A stretch of 64,000 nt of DNA, taken from the IMG/VR virus record IMGVR_UViG_3300020429_000529, positions 32,001 through 96,000 of that record; one strand, written 5' to 3'. Made by a program: the position numbers and the translations under genes. Under the pieces are notes generated by a model. That model had not been told where the DNA came from and did not search any database. It was given only the letters and a program-made list of their open reading frames with translations. Numbering within the stretch: position 1 is the stretch's first letter; each line of letters opens with the position of its first letter. Positions 8,990-18,143 of the stretch are shown here, in pieces. Origin of the DNA: a virus.

Positions 8990-10046
8990 CACCAGGACAT
9001 CGATTGTCACATGCGTGATTTCGTGTCTTGTAATCGCTGGTTGCGCGAGTTGGTTTGAAAGAGACAGCGGACGACGGGGCGATATAGATGCGCCGCCTGA
9101 AAGACCGTCTCTTGTGGATGAAGGCGAGCTTGCTGGGCAAATCGCCGAAGACCTTGGTGGAGTCGCGGAGAACGTTGGAGAATCTGCCGATTCTATAGAC
9201 AGGCACGCAAACGATATCGAAGCTGCAACTCCTCCTGAGAGTCGTCCAGCTATCAAGCCCAGTCTTGACGGAATTGGTCAAGAGACCGACGAGTTAAGGC
9301 AAGCAGAATCAGAAGTTCGCCGACTTGAAGGTCGAGTGACTGACTTGCAAGGCGACCTCGTAACAGAGCAAGAAAGGGTGAAGAACTGGACCGACTATGC
9401 ATCAGAAGCAGAGGCGGAAAACGCCAAGCTGCTCGATCAGATCCGAGAACTGAGAGACAAGAACGCTCAGCAGTTCAAGCAGATGCTTGCGTGGATCGGC
9501 GTTGTATCGGTCGCAGGCATCGGCGTCTGTCTCGTTTTGGCGATTTGGACTCGCAGCAAGGTGGCAATCGCTGTTGCTGTCGGGTTTGCAGCGACCCTTG
9601 CAACCTCGATCGCAGTAACAATGTTCATGAAAGAAATCGCGCTTGTGACAATCATTGTCCTTGGCACGGCCTTCTTGGGCGTTATCGGTTACGTCGGATG
9701 GCAGTTCTTTGCGTCGAGAAAGATGGAGGAAGAGCTTGTTCATACGGGCGAGCTTGCAAAGCAGTACCTTCCGCTTGAGGCTCGTGAGAAGCTCTTCGGT
9801 TATGGGGCTGAGCCAGGCAAGGTTGATGAGATACAAAGCAAGGTCACAAAGGAGCGGGTGAAGCAGATTAGGGAGTATAATGACAAGAAGCGAGTCGGGA
9901 AGAATGCTCCAAGAGTACCCGAACTCTATCGCCCCGGCCACTCAGCTATTACTGAACCCCAAGTAGTTTCGGGACAGCAAGTCGCATTTGCGCCTGGCGG
10001 CGGCGACTTCATTGTGCCAGAGACCGCAACAGGAACGGTCGTCTAA
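8961..10046 (+). CDS. Lipoprotein with coiled coil and three TM helices
   Basis: Basic N-region, h-region, lipobox IAGC; heptad-rich segment; 3 hydrophobic helices. Confidence 0.75.
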   Translation: MKWARKNRVSTRTSIVTCVISCLVIAGCASWFERDSGRRGDIDAPPERPSLVDEGELAGQIAEDLGGVAENVGESADSIDRHANDIEAATPPESRPAIKPSLDGIGQETDELRQAESEVRRLEGRVTDLQGDLVTEQERVKNWTDYASEAEAENAKLLDQIRELRDKNAQQFKQMLAWIGVVSVAGIGVCLVLAIWTRSKVAIAVAVGFAATLATSIAVTMFMKEIALVTIIVLGTAFLGVIGYVGWQFFASRKMEEELVHTGELAKQYLPLEAREKLFGYGAEPGKVDEIQSKVTKERVKQIREYNDKKRVGKNAPRVPELYRPGHSAITEPQVVSGQQVAFAPGGGDFIVPETATGTVV

Positions 10047-10103
10047 GGCGCTACTTGTCTGTTTGCTATTGCCCTACTTGTTTGAGATGAAGATGGGAGC
10101 GAA

Positions 10104-10928
10104 ATGAAGACCGAAGAGGAAATCAACTGTCTGTGGGACAGGCTTGAAGAGCAAAAGAAGAGCGATAAACCGGATCCAGATGAAGTTCTTGCTGTCAGGA
10201 ACGAGCTTGCGTCCGAGTTTTACAGTATCGTTGAAGACGTTGCATCTCGTATGGCTTTGAAGCTGAAAGAGATCACGGCAGAAGAATGCGCATCATACGG
10301 CGTAGACGGACTGTACGAGGCTATTGATAAGTTTGACAGAGAGCGAGGGGTCAAGTTCAGGACTTTTGCTCCGCACCGCATCAAGGGAGCCATCCTCGAC
10401 AATATCCGCAAGGCGGACTGGGTTCCTCGTCTTGTTCGGCATCGCAACAATCTCATCGAGAAACATCGCAGTGCTTACTACAAGGAGCATGGGGAACATC
10501 CTACCGATAAGCAGCTTGCTAAGCTGATTGGCATGCCAGTCGCAGAGCTTCGCAAGATTGCCAAAAAGTCAAGGCCTGTCAATGTTGTTAGCCTCAACGC
10601 TACGCCAGCGAGCTATAATGACAGCGACGGAGAAGGAGATGATCTGACTCATGTAACCGGCGAGATTCATGACCCAATGGACGGAATGCTCCGCAGAGAG
10701 ATGTTCCAGAAGTTCATGGGCAAGAACTTCACCAAGCTTGAGCGGAAAATCATTTACCTGCATTACTACGAGGGTTTGACGATGAAAGAAATCGCAGATG
10801 AAACAAACTTCTCTGAGTCTCGCATCAGTCAGATGCATGGCGAGGTAATGCGTCGTCTCCGAGAGAAGGTGGAAAGAAACCCCCAGTACGCCGCCAATCT
10901 CGAAGCCATGTTCCAAGCCGCAAGCTGA
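10104..10928 (+). CDS. fliA: RNA polymerase sigma factor, FliA/WhiG (sigma-28) family
   Basis: GLYEAIDKFDRERGVKFRTFAPHRIKGAILD; DWVPRLVR; LHYYEGLTMKEIA; SESRISQMH. Confidence 0.93.
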   Translation: MKTEEEINCLWDRLEEQKKSDKPDPDEVLAVRNELASEFYSIVEDVASRMALKLKEITAEECASYGVDGLYEAIDKFDRERGVKFRTFAPHRIKGAILDNIRKADWVPRLVRHRNNLIEKHRSAYYKEHGEHPTDKQLAKLIGMPVAELRKIAKKSRPVNVVSLNATPASYNDSDGEGDDLTHVTGEIHDPMDGMLRREMFQKFMGKNFTKLERKIIYLHYYEGLTMKEIADETNFSESRISQMHGEVMRRLREKVERNPQYAANLEAMFQAAS

Positions 10929-10937
10929 GGACTGGTC

Positions 10938-11441
10938 ATGAAAGCAATAGTTGGCGATATCACCAAGCTGAACGATGTCGATGTCATCGTTAATGCTGCT
11001 AATGGTATTGGAGTAATGGGGGCAGGCGTTGCGGGAGCAATCGCTCGATCAATGGGCGAGAAAGCTGCTGCGGCTGTCCGAGATTACTGCAAAGAAAACG
11101 GCCCCTTTGAACCAGGCTCCTGCTATGCCACTGACGCAGGATTGCTGAAAAGACGAGGGATCAAGAAGGTTTACCATGCAGTAACCATGAAATACCCCGG
11201 TCAACCGTCGTCTTTGACCGTGGTCGAGCGGGCCTTGAAATCCGTTGCGATGGAGGCAATAATAGACGGCGAACAGTCGATCGCTATCCCGGGACTCGGG
11301 ACTGGTATCGGCGGACTCAACCCTTCCCAGGTTGCAAATAGAATGGCGACAGTCCTATTGCCCTACGTTGGGCAATTGGACATCACTGTCGTTGATCGAA
11401 ACGAGGGCTTTATAGAGGCAGTATTGAATGCGATAAAGTGA
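10938..11441 (+). CDS. Macro domain protein (ADP-ribose binding/hydrolase)
   Basis: GDIT, IVNAAN, MGAGVAGAI, IAIPGLGTGIGG. Confidence 0.93.
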   Translation: MKAIVGDITKLNDVDVIVNAANGIGVMGAGVAGAIARSMGEKAAAAVRDYCKENGPFEPGSCYATDAGLLKRRGIKKVYHAVTMKYPGQPSSLTVVERALKSVAMEAIIDGEQSIAIPGLGTGIGGLNPSQVANRMATVLLPYVGQLDITVVDRNEGFIEAVLNAIK

Positions 11442-11448
11442 GAGCAAC

Positions 11449-12072
11449 ATGGGACATTTGACTATTCCAACTCTGGTATTGAACAAGGCCTGGCAGCCGA
11501 TTGCTGTTGCCACGGTTCGTCGTGCAGTTGTTCAGGTTGCCGTTGATTCGGCAAAGTTCCTGGACGAAAACTACATGCTTTACGACCTGGATTCTTGGCT
11601 TGAGCTTCCTATCCCCGATGGCGAGGAAGGGATTTCGCTCGCGCATGGCAAGTTCATGCGGATTCCCGAGATCATGGTTCTGACGAGCTACGACAAGTTC
11701 CCCGAGCGCGAAGTCAAGTTGACCCGTCGCAATCTACTGGTGCGCGACCGATACACTTGCCAATACACGGGAATGAGGATGTCGGCGCGCGATGCAACGA
11801 TCGACCACGTTATGCCTCAGTCTCGCGGAGGCGGAACGACTTGGGATAACGTTGTTATCTGCTCTGTTGATGCGAACCGCCGCAAGGCTGACAAGACGCC
11901 TGAAGAGGCGGGTATGAAGCTGTTGACTAAGCCGGCAAAGCCTGCTTGGAATCCTGCGTACTCAAAGTTCGCCAGGTTGTCTGCCACATCTCGTGTTCCT
12001 GATTCTTGGAAGAAGTTCTTGCCGAAGAATTGGGATATGCAGGAGTATTGGGATATTGAAATACAGGAATAA
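11449..12072 (+). CDS. HNH endonuclease (McrA-like)
   Basis: TLVLNKAWQPI; RRNLLVRDRYTCQY; TIDHVMPQSRGG..TWDNVV..ANRRK. Confidence 0.9.
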   Translation: MGHLTIPTLVLNKAWQPIAVATVRRAVVQVAVDSAKFLDENYMLYDLDSWLELPIPDGEEGISLAHGKFMRIPEIMVLTSYDKFPEREVKLTRRNLLVRDRYTCQYTGMRMSARDATIDHVMPQSRGGGTTWDNVVICSVDANRRKADKTPEEAGMKLLTKPAKPAWNPAYSKFARLSATSRVPDSWKKFLPKNWDMQEYWDIEIQE

Positions 12073-12075
12073 CGG

Positions 12076-12756
12076 ATGATACGTCGTCATGTCAGGTACT
12101 CTGCGGTAAAGCAGAGAGGCCAAATCAAGAAATGGAAAGGTAAACTCGAAGGAGTGCCTTGCTTCATACTGGGAAATGGCCCAAGCCTGAATGACGAAGA
12201 CATCTCTCTGTTGAATCCCTACTTCACCATTGGTATCAATCGGGCTTTCCTAAAGCTGGACCCGACGATACTGATGTGGCAGGATGTCGAGCTTTGGTAT
12301 ACCGAGAGAAAGAAGGTCATTCGACTTTCTGCGCTCAAGGTCTGTCGAAACACGGCTGATCCGCAAAACAGGTTCTATCACTTCAAGATTCAGCCCGGGA
12401 ACTTCGCTATGCCGAAGCACCCGGGCTGTTTGCATGGCTTTGGGGCAACAGGCCCTCTTGCGATGCAGTTTGCTCATTCTCTTGGTTGCAATCCGATTGT
12501 CATGCTCGGTATGGATTGCGAACACCGAGGACAGGCGACCAACTTCTACGGAATCAACAGGCACCATCGCCCCCATACCATGCGGAACTGTTCTCGCGGT
12601 CTCAAATGGGCGAAGAAGTCGATTACCGATCGAGAGCTAATCAACTGCTCAGCGAACAGCGAATGGCCTCAGGAGAAGCTTGAGGACGTTCTCAAGAGAA
12701 TCGACAGCAAATGGAAGCAAGACCGAGCGCATTATGTGAGCTTGTTGACGAGATGA
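12076..12756 (+). CDS. DUF115/MptE-like (Maf-type glycosyltransferase-related) protein, paralog 1
   Basis: CFILGNGPSL; TIGINR; LGCNPIVMLGMD. Confidence 0.75.
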   Translation: MIRRHVRYSAVKQRGQIKKWKGKLEGVPCFILGNGPSLNDEDISLLNPYFTIGINRAFLKLDPTILMWQDVELWYTERKKVIRLSALKVCRNTADPQNRFYHFKIQPGNFAMPKHPGCLHGFGATGPLAMQFAHSLGCNPIVMLGMDCEHRGQATNFYGINRHHRPHTMRNCSRGLKWAKKSITDRELINCSANSEWPQEKLEDVLKRIDSKWKQDRAHYVSLLTR

Positions 12757-13472
12757 AGTTTCGAGAGCGCAAAAAGTATCCGATCGAAGCATGGTCCAAT
12801 ATCATCGAGGGTCATCCTGCTTTCATTCTCGGCAATGGTCCCTCTCTATTGGAGAACGATCTAACGCTAATAGAGCAAGCCTTTTCAATCGGTCTCAACA
12901 GAATCTACCAAGTGTTTGATCCTACCATCTTGTTGTGGCAAGACAAAGGTCTCTACAGGGATGGTATACATCATCTCGATAACTGCGCTGCTATCAAGTG
13001 CTGCAGAGTTGCGGTAGACCGAGAAGGAAGATGGACAAACTTTCGTCTTGAAAGCAATCCATACAAGTTCCATAACAAGCCCCATCATCTTTGGGGCTTT
13101 GGTTGTTCTGGTGCTTTGGGCGTTCAGTTGGCTGTAGCCATGGGCGCAAATGCGATCGTTATGCTTGGCATGGATTGCGACTATGAAGGACCAGACAAAA
13201 CCGACTTCTACGGGAAGAACGAAGACCATCGTCCTCATACTGTTCGCAACTTTCATAAAGCGGCGAAGTGGATTCAGAGGGATTGCCCGGTGCCGGTATA
13301 CAACTGCGGACGGGCAAAGTATTGGCCTCGCATCACTCTTGAAGAAGCGGTAGAGAAAACGCAACCCACTCCTGTGACTCGCCTTCAATGGCTGAGTCGG
13401 CTTTCTGTTGAAGGTGAAGCCTCTGGACGTTATGCTGTAGGGGATGACAGAATGGGAGACTGTCCACTTTGA
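12753..13472 (+). CDS. DUF115/MptE-like protein, paralog 2
   Basis: AFILGNGPSL; SIGLNR; MGANAIVMLGMD; ATGA overlap gives start 12753. Confidence 0.75.
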   Translation: MKFRERKKYPIEAWSNIIEGHPAFILGNGPSLLENDLTLIEQAFSIGLNRIYQVFDPTILLWQDKGLYRDGIHHLDNCAAIKCCRVAVDREGRWTNFRLESNPYKFHNKPHHLWGFGCSGALGVQLAVAMGANAIVMLGMDCDYEGPDKTDFYGKNEDHRPHTVRNFHKAAKWIQRDCPVPVYNCGRAKYWPRITLEEAVEKTQPTPVTRLQWLSRLSVEGEASGRYAVGDDRMGDCPL

Positions 13473-13821
13473 GGACGAGGATCTTCCTCGCGCCTTTACT
13501 CGTTACCGAGGGGTCCACTGTATATGCGAACCTTCTTCCAAAAACTCTGGTAAGTACGACGCTTCAGCGACGACTTCGGAAGGAGATTGGCAGCAGGGGC
13601 CGTATAAACTTGTTCACATCCTTGAAACATGGAATGAAAAAGACTTCGAAGGGATCGCCACTCTAAAGCAAGCGCAAGAGCTTTGCATCAAGGCAGTGGA
13701 CCTCTATCACGAAGGCAAGATCAAGCCGACATACACTGAGCGATCTCGCAAGTCTGCGAACAATGTGAAGTCCGCAGTAAAGACAGGCACCAACGTTCGT
13801 AGGAAGAAGTCTCGCAGGTAA
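13444..13821 (+). CDS. Hypothetical protein
   Basis: ORF in operon, basic C-terminus. Confidence 0.6.
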   Translation: MTEWETVHFEDEDLPRAFTRYRGVHCICEPSSKNSGKYDASATTSEGDWQQGPYKLVHILETWNEKDFEGIATLKQAQELCIKAVDLYHEGKIKPTYTERSRKSANNVKSAVKTGTNVRRKKSRR

Positions 13822-13825
13822 CAGC

Positions 13826-14956
13826 ATGAGCGAGGAAAACACACAATCAATCGAGCAGAGTTCGTCTTATGCTCAGCAGCTTTCTTTCTTGGAGAGCGGC
13901 GAGAAAGACACAGTAGCAATCATTTGTCACGATCAGCCGGATCCTGATTGCCTGGCTTGCGCTATGGCTTTCCAGGAAATTGCGCAGAAGTACGGGCTTA
14001 TGTCTCGTATTTACTATGGCGGAGAGATTTCGCATACGCAGAACCGAGTGATGATAAATGTTCTCAATGTACCCGCTCAAAAGCTTGAAGACGGGGAAGA
14101 GGGAGAAGGCGAGGCGATTCGCACGGCTCTTGAGAACAGCTACATTGTTCTTGTTGATACTGCTGAGTTTGGAGCGGGTCCCTGTTCGTCAATCACAAGA
14201 TTTCTTGCGGATGATCGCAAACCGGATCTTGTGATCGATCATCATGAGCTAAACCCGAAGATCGAGTGTTCCTACATTCGAGAGCCGATGGGCGCATGTT
14301 CTACTATTCTCTGCAAGATGCTTCAAGAGCTTGAGATCGAGATTGGCAAGGCGCTTGCTACCGCTTTGTATCTCGGTATCTCGACCGATACAGCAAACCT
14401 CAAAGCAGAGAGCGTCCATGATGACGACAAGGCCGTTTTTGAATCTCTCAAAGGCAGACTGGATCCTGAGGCGTATGAGAAAATCCTCAACTACCCTCGG
14501 CCCGATGCCCTGATCGATATGAGGCGCAAGGCGTATCGAACTCTCAATGTTGAGAACACGCTTGCGATCTGTAATGCAGGTGTTGTTTCTACGAATCAGC
14601 GATCGTTGCTTGCGGAGCTATGCGACGAGCTATTGGCCGTAGAATCCGTCCAGACAGCCGTTGTCATGTCGATCGTAGATGAGGGCATCAAGGGCAAGAA
14701 AGCTCTCTGTGCGTCTTTCAGAAGCCGTAACCTCGCTGTCAATATGCAGGAATTCATCTCTAAGACCTTTGGCAAGAAATACGGCGGAGGCAGGAGAGGC
14801 GCTGGTGCTGCCAAGATTCCGCTTGATGGAGTTGTGGCGGGTATCATCGACAATATACGACAAACCGCAGGGGATAACGGCAAGCTGTTTGAGTTCACGC
14901 AGCCCATCTTTGACGTTTATGTCACAAAGGTCAGAGAAGAAAATAGCAACATCTAA
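13826..14956 (+). CDS. DHH/DHHA1 family phosphoesterase (NrnA-like)
   Basis: HDQPDPD, VLVDT, IDHH, GISTDT, GGGRRGAGAA. Confidence 0.9.
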   Translation: MSEENTQSIEQSSSYAQQLSFLESGEKDTVAIICHDQPDPDCLACAMAFQEIAQKYGLMSRIYYGGEISHTQNRVMINVLNVPAQKLEDGEEGEGEAIRTALENSYIVLVDTAEFGAGPCSSITRFLADDRKPDLVIDHHELNPKIECSYIREPMGACSTILCKMLQELEIEIGKALATALYLGISTDTANLKAESVHDDDKAVFESLKGRLDPEAYEKILNYPRPDALIDMRRKAYRTLNVENTLAICNAGVVSTNQRSLLAELCDELLAVESVQTAVVMSIVDEGIKGKKALCASFRSRNLAVNMQEFISKTFGKKYGGGRRGAGAAKIPLDGVVAGIIDNIRQTAGDNGKLFEFTQPIFDVYVTKVREENSNI

Positions 14957-14992
14957 GTGACTCACTGAGCGCTCTCAGGTCAGTCGGACGAT

Positions 14993-15023
14993 AAGCCTTC
15001 AACGACACGTTGAGGGCTTTTTT
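14993..15023 (+). terminator. Rho-independent terminator
   Basis: AAGCCTTCAACG-ACA-CGTTGAGGGCTT followed by T run. Confidence 0.85.
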
Positions 15024-15088
15024 GTTGTCGTGTTTTCCTTCCCAATCTCGCAGATTCGCGCGAAGAAAAAACCACTCGTGGAGTGGGG

Positions 15089-15115
15089 AGGGATCATCTG
15101 TCAGTAGGTCGAATA
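15089..15115 (+). promoter_or_regulatory. Phage promoter motif
   Basis: AGGG-N15-GTCGAATA upstream of nrdJ. Confidence 0.55.
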
Positions 15116-15169
15116 CTGATCTTACGACTTAACCGAAAGAGAAACTCCAAGAATGACAGGAGAGGGTAA

Positions 15170-17569
15170 ATGACGGACTCCACCGTGGCCGCAGGGCAAG
15201 AATCAAAAGTGAATCTACAAGATACTACAGCAAAGTCAGGAACTCTTTCTCGCGAGGATACGATCGCCTTCTTCAGCGGCGACGAGATGGCGACAGACGC
15301 ATACCTCAAGAAGTATGCAGTAACGTCCCCCGAAGGCGAGATTGAAGAGTGGCTTCCATCAGACATGTGGGAAAGAATGGCGAGGGCCGCTTCCTCTGTA
15401 GAAGAAGATCAAGATCACTGGTATAACGAGTTTAGAGAAGTGCTGTCCGACTGGAAGGCTGTTCCGCAGGGCAGCATTATGTTTGCGCTCGGAAATCCAT
15501 ACCAGAAGTCATCCTGTTCGAACTGCTTTGTAATCCCCATCCATGACGATTCTTTGATGGGGATTTTTGATGCAGCGAAGGAGATGGCTCAGACCTACGC
15601 ATATCGAGGCGGCGTTGGTATTGACATCAGCGCGCTCCGTCCCGAAGGCGCTGCCGTATCAAATGCAGCAAGAACATCGACAGGCGCTTGGTCCTTCATG
15701 GACTTCTACAGCTATGTCACTCGTTTGATTGGTCAGCATGGTCGCCGTGGCGCTCTCATGCTCACAATCAGTGATAAGCATCCTGACTTGACAAAGTTCA
15801 TCACGGCAAAGCAAGACAAGACCAAGGTTACTGGCGCAAACGTATCGATTCGTATCTCTGATGGCTTTATGAAGTCCGTGGAGAAAGACGAAGCCTGGAC
15901 CATGGAGTTCAAAACTTCGCATGAGAAGTTTACGGTAGAGAAGCCAGCCAGAGAAATCTGGGAACTCATCATCGATTGCGCTACAAAGTCTGCGGAACCA
16001 GGTATCCTCTTCTGGGACACGATTCTCAAGGAATCGCCTTCGGATTGCTATGCAGATGACGGCTTCCGCACAATCTGTACGAACCCCTGCTCGGAGATTC
16101 CGCTTCCGGCTTACGATGCGTGTACGTTGCTCAGTATGAACCTGACCAAGTATACTCGTAACGACTTTACGGAAGATGCAGCCTTCGATTTTGAGACGTT
16201 TGAGAAGGATGTTCGTGTAGCAGTTCGTTTCCTTGATAACGTAAAAGAGATCGACCTTGATCTTATGCCGCTTCAACAGCAAAGAGACGTTGCCGCTAAG
16301 GGGCGTCGTATTGGTATGGGAACGAATGGCCTTGGCGATACTCTTGCCAATCTTGGCATGAAGTACGATTCAGATAAGGCAATCGACTTCGTTGACAACT
16401 TGTACGAGTTCTTTGCTAAAACAGTTTACCAGGCGTCCGTTGATCTTGCCCATGAGAAGGGGCCGTTCCCGTGCTTCGATCCTGAGAAGGAGAAGGACAA
16501 TCCGTTCCTCAACCGGATTGGTTTCGCTGGCGTTCCTCGTCGCAACATTGCGGCGCTGACTTGCGCGCCAACTGGTTCGCTTTCCATGCTTTGCCAGACT
16601 TCTTCTGGTGTTGAGCCTGTTTTCCGTAACTTCTATGTGCGTCGTCGTAAGATCACTCACAACGAAGCAACGAAGATCCCCAAGAACCAGCTTTACCGAG
16701 ACAAGGTAGGCGACACTTGGCAGGAGTATGATGTTGCTCATCACAATGTTCAGCGATATCTGACCATGATGGGTCACGATCTCAAGACAACTCGCATGGA
16801 CGAGATTGATCTGCCAGATTACTTCGTAACCTCGGATCAGATCGATTGGAAGAAGCGAGTCACGATTCAGGCGACGATGCAGAAGTGGATCGATCATGCG
16901 ATCTCTTCGACATGCAATCTTCCTGCGGGCACTTCGAATGAGACCGTTCGCAAGGTCTACGAGGAGGCGTACAAGGCTGGCTGCAAGGGCTTCACGGTTT
17001 ATGTTGACGGCTGCAGAGATGGCGTTCTGATTACGAAGGACGAGAACGAGCCGAAGATCGAGAAGACCAAGGCTCCCAAGCGACCCAAGAAGCTGCCTGC
17101 TCACATTCATCACATTACCGTCAAGGGCGTTCAGTATTTCGTCATGGTAGGACTGATGGGCGGAGAGCCATACGAGATCTTTGCTGGCAAGAATGGCTTC
17201 ATCCCCAAGGGCGTTAATCATTGCGAGATTGAGAAAATCAAGAGGGGCCACTACAAGGCATACCTCGATAATGGCGAGATCATCGATGAGATCACCGAGC
17301 ATATCACGGACGAGGAAGCAGCTATAACTCGATTGCTGTCGCTGTCTCTTCGTCATGGTTCTGATATCACTCATGCTGTTGAGCAGCTTGAGAGAGTTCC
17401 TGGCGATCTGCAGAGCTTTGCTCGATCGATTTCTCGCGCCCTCAAGAAGCATGTCCCTGATGGGGCGAGAGTCCATGGAGCAGGCTGCCCGACTTGTCAG
17501 AGCGAGAATCTCGCTCGCGAAGAGGGATGTATCCGTTGTATCGATTGCGGATGGTCTGGATGCAGCTAA
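15170..17569 (+). CDS. nrdJ: Class II (adenosylcobalamin-dependent) ribonucleotide reductase
   Basis: SNCFV, GGVGIDIS, GRRGALM, TNPCSEI, APTGSLS, C-terminal CPTC...CIDCGWSGC; no beta subunit adjacent. Confidence 0.92.
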   Translation: MTDSTVAAGQESKVNLQDTTAKSGTLSREDTIAFFSGDEMATDAYLKKYAVTSPEGEIEEWLPSDMWERMARAASSVEEDQDHWYNEFREVLSDWKAVPQGSIMFALGNPYQKSSCSNCFVIPIHDDSLMGIFDAAKEMAQTYAYRGGVGIDISALRPEGAAVSNAARTSTGAWSFMDFYSYVTRLIGQHGRRGALMLTISDKHPDLTKFITAKQDKTKVTGANVSIRISDGFMKSVEKDEAWTMEFKTSHEKFTVEKPAREIWELIIDCATKSAEPGILFWDTILKESPSDCYADDGFRTICTNPCSEIPLPAYDACTLLSMNLTKYTRNDFTEDAAFDFETFEKDVRVAVRFLDNVKEIDLDLMPLQQQRDVAAKGRRIGMGTNGLGDTLANLGMKYDSDKAIDFVDNLYEFFAKTVYQASVDLAHEKGPFPCFDPEKEKDNPFLNRIGFAGVPRRNIAALTCAPTGSLSMLCQTSSGVEPVFRNFYVRRRKITHNEATKIPKNQLYRDKVGDTWQEYDVAHHNVQRYLTMMGHDLKTTRMDEIDLPDYFVTSDQIDWKKRVTIQATMQKWIDHAISSTCNLPAGTSNETVRKVYEEAYKAGCKGFTVYVDGCRDGVLITKDENEPKIEKTKAPKRPKKLPAHIHHITVKGVQYFVMVGLMGGEPYEIFAGKNGFIPKGVNHCEIEKIKRGHYKAYLDNGEIIDEITEHITDEEAAITRLLSLSLRHGSDITHAVEQLERVPGDLQSFARSISRALKKHVPDGARVHGAGCPTCQSENLAREEGCIRCIDCGWSGCS

Positions 17570-17621
17570 GCTGATAGGAAGAAAACTTGTGCTGGTAAGA
17601 GTCGTTGAAACCGAGGAGTTC

Positions 17622-18140
17622 ATGATGACCGAAGAAGACGGCGTACTCATTCCTGAGATTCGCGTCAAGAAGCTGCATCCCGATGCAAAGCTGCCAGAGC
17701 AGAACACGGATACCGATGCAGGATATGATCTTGTTGCCATAGGCCCGCCCGAGAAGGTATGGGCCAAGAACAAGGATGACAAGGATTATCCGGTACTGCA
17801 ATACATCCAATACAGAACTGGTATTGCAATCCAGCCCCCAAGGGGATACCATGTTGAAATCTTCCCGAGATCGAGTATCTCGAAGCATGATTTGGTTCTG
17901 GCAAACAGCATTGGGCTTGTAGACGAAGGATACAGAGGGGAGTTGTTGGTAAGATTCAAATACATAGAACCAGACAACGACTGCCGCAAGGTCCGCAATA
18001 TCCCGATGAAGATCTACCAGTCAGGCGACAAAATCGCGCAACTGGTTGTCCGCAAGACACAGAAGGCAAACTTCGTTCTTGCCGATGAACTATCTGAGAC
18101 CGACCGCGGAACTGGCGGATTCGGTAGCTCAGGTAGGTAA
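17622..18140 (+). CDS. dut: dUTPase
   Basis: DAGYDL, PRSSI, GLVDEGYRGE, KIAQLV, RGTGGFGSSG; GAGGAG RBS. Confidence 0.96.
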   Translation: MMTEEDGVLIPEIRVKKLHPDAKLPEQNTDTDAGYDLVAIGPPEKVWAKNKDDKDYPVLQYIQYRTGIAIQPPRGYHVEIFPRSSISKHDLVLANSIGLVDEGYRGELLVRFKYIEPDNDCRKVRNIPMKIYQSGDKIAQLVVRKTQKANFVLADELSETDRGTGGFGSSGR

Positions 18141-18143
18141 TGG

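Noticed and set aside
15072-15086. CCACTC-GTG-GAGTGG hairpin upstream of nrdJ as an NrdR box or cobalamin riboswitch
   Set aside because: Does not match the NrdR consensus; no B12-box seen
17355-17621. N-terminal extension of dUTPase overlapping nrdJ
   Set aside because: GAGGAG RBS supports a start at 17622/17625; the extension has no recognisable features
16370-17782. 470-aa minus-strand ORF, and similar ones at 23669, 43533 and 45349
   Set aside because: Antisense to well-supported genes (nrdJ/dut, head genes, MCP)
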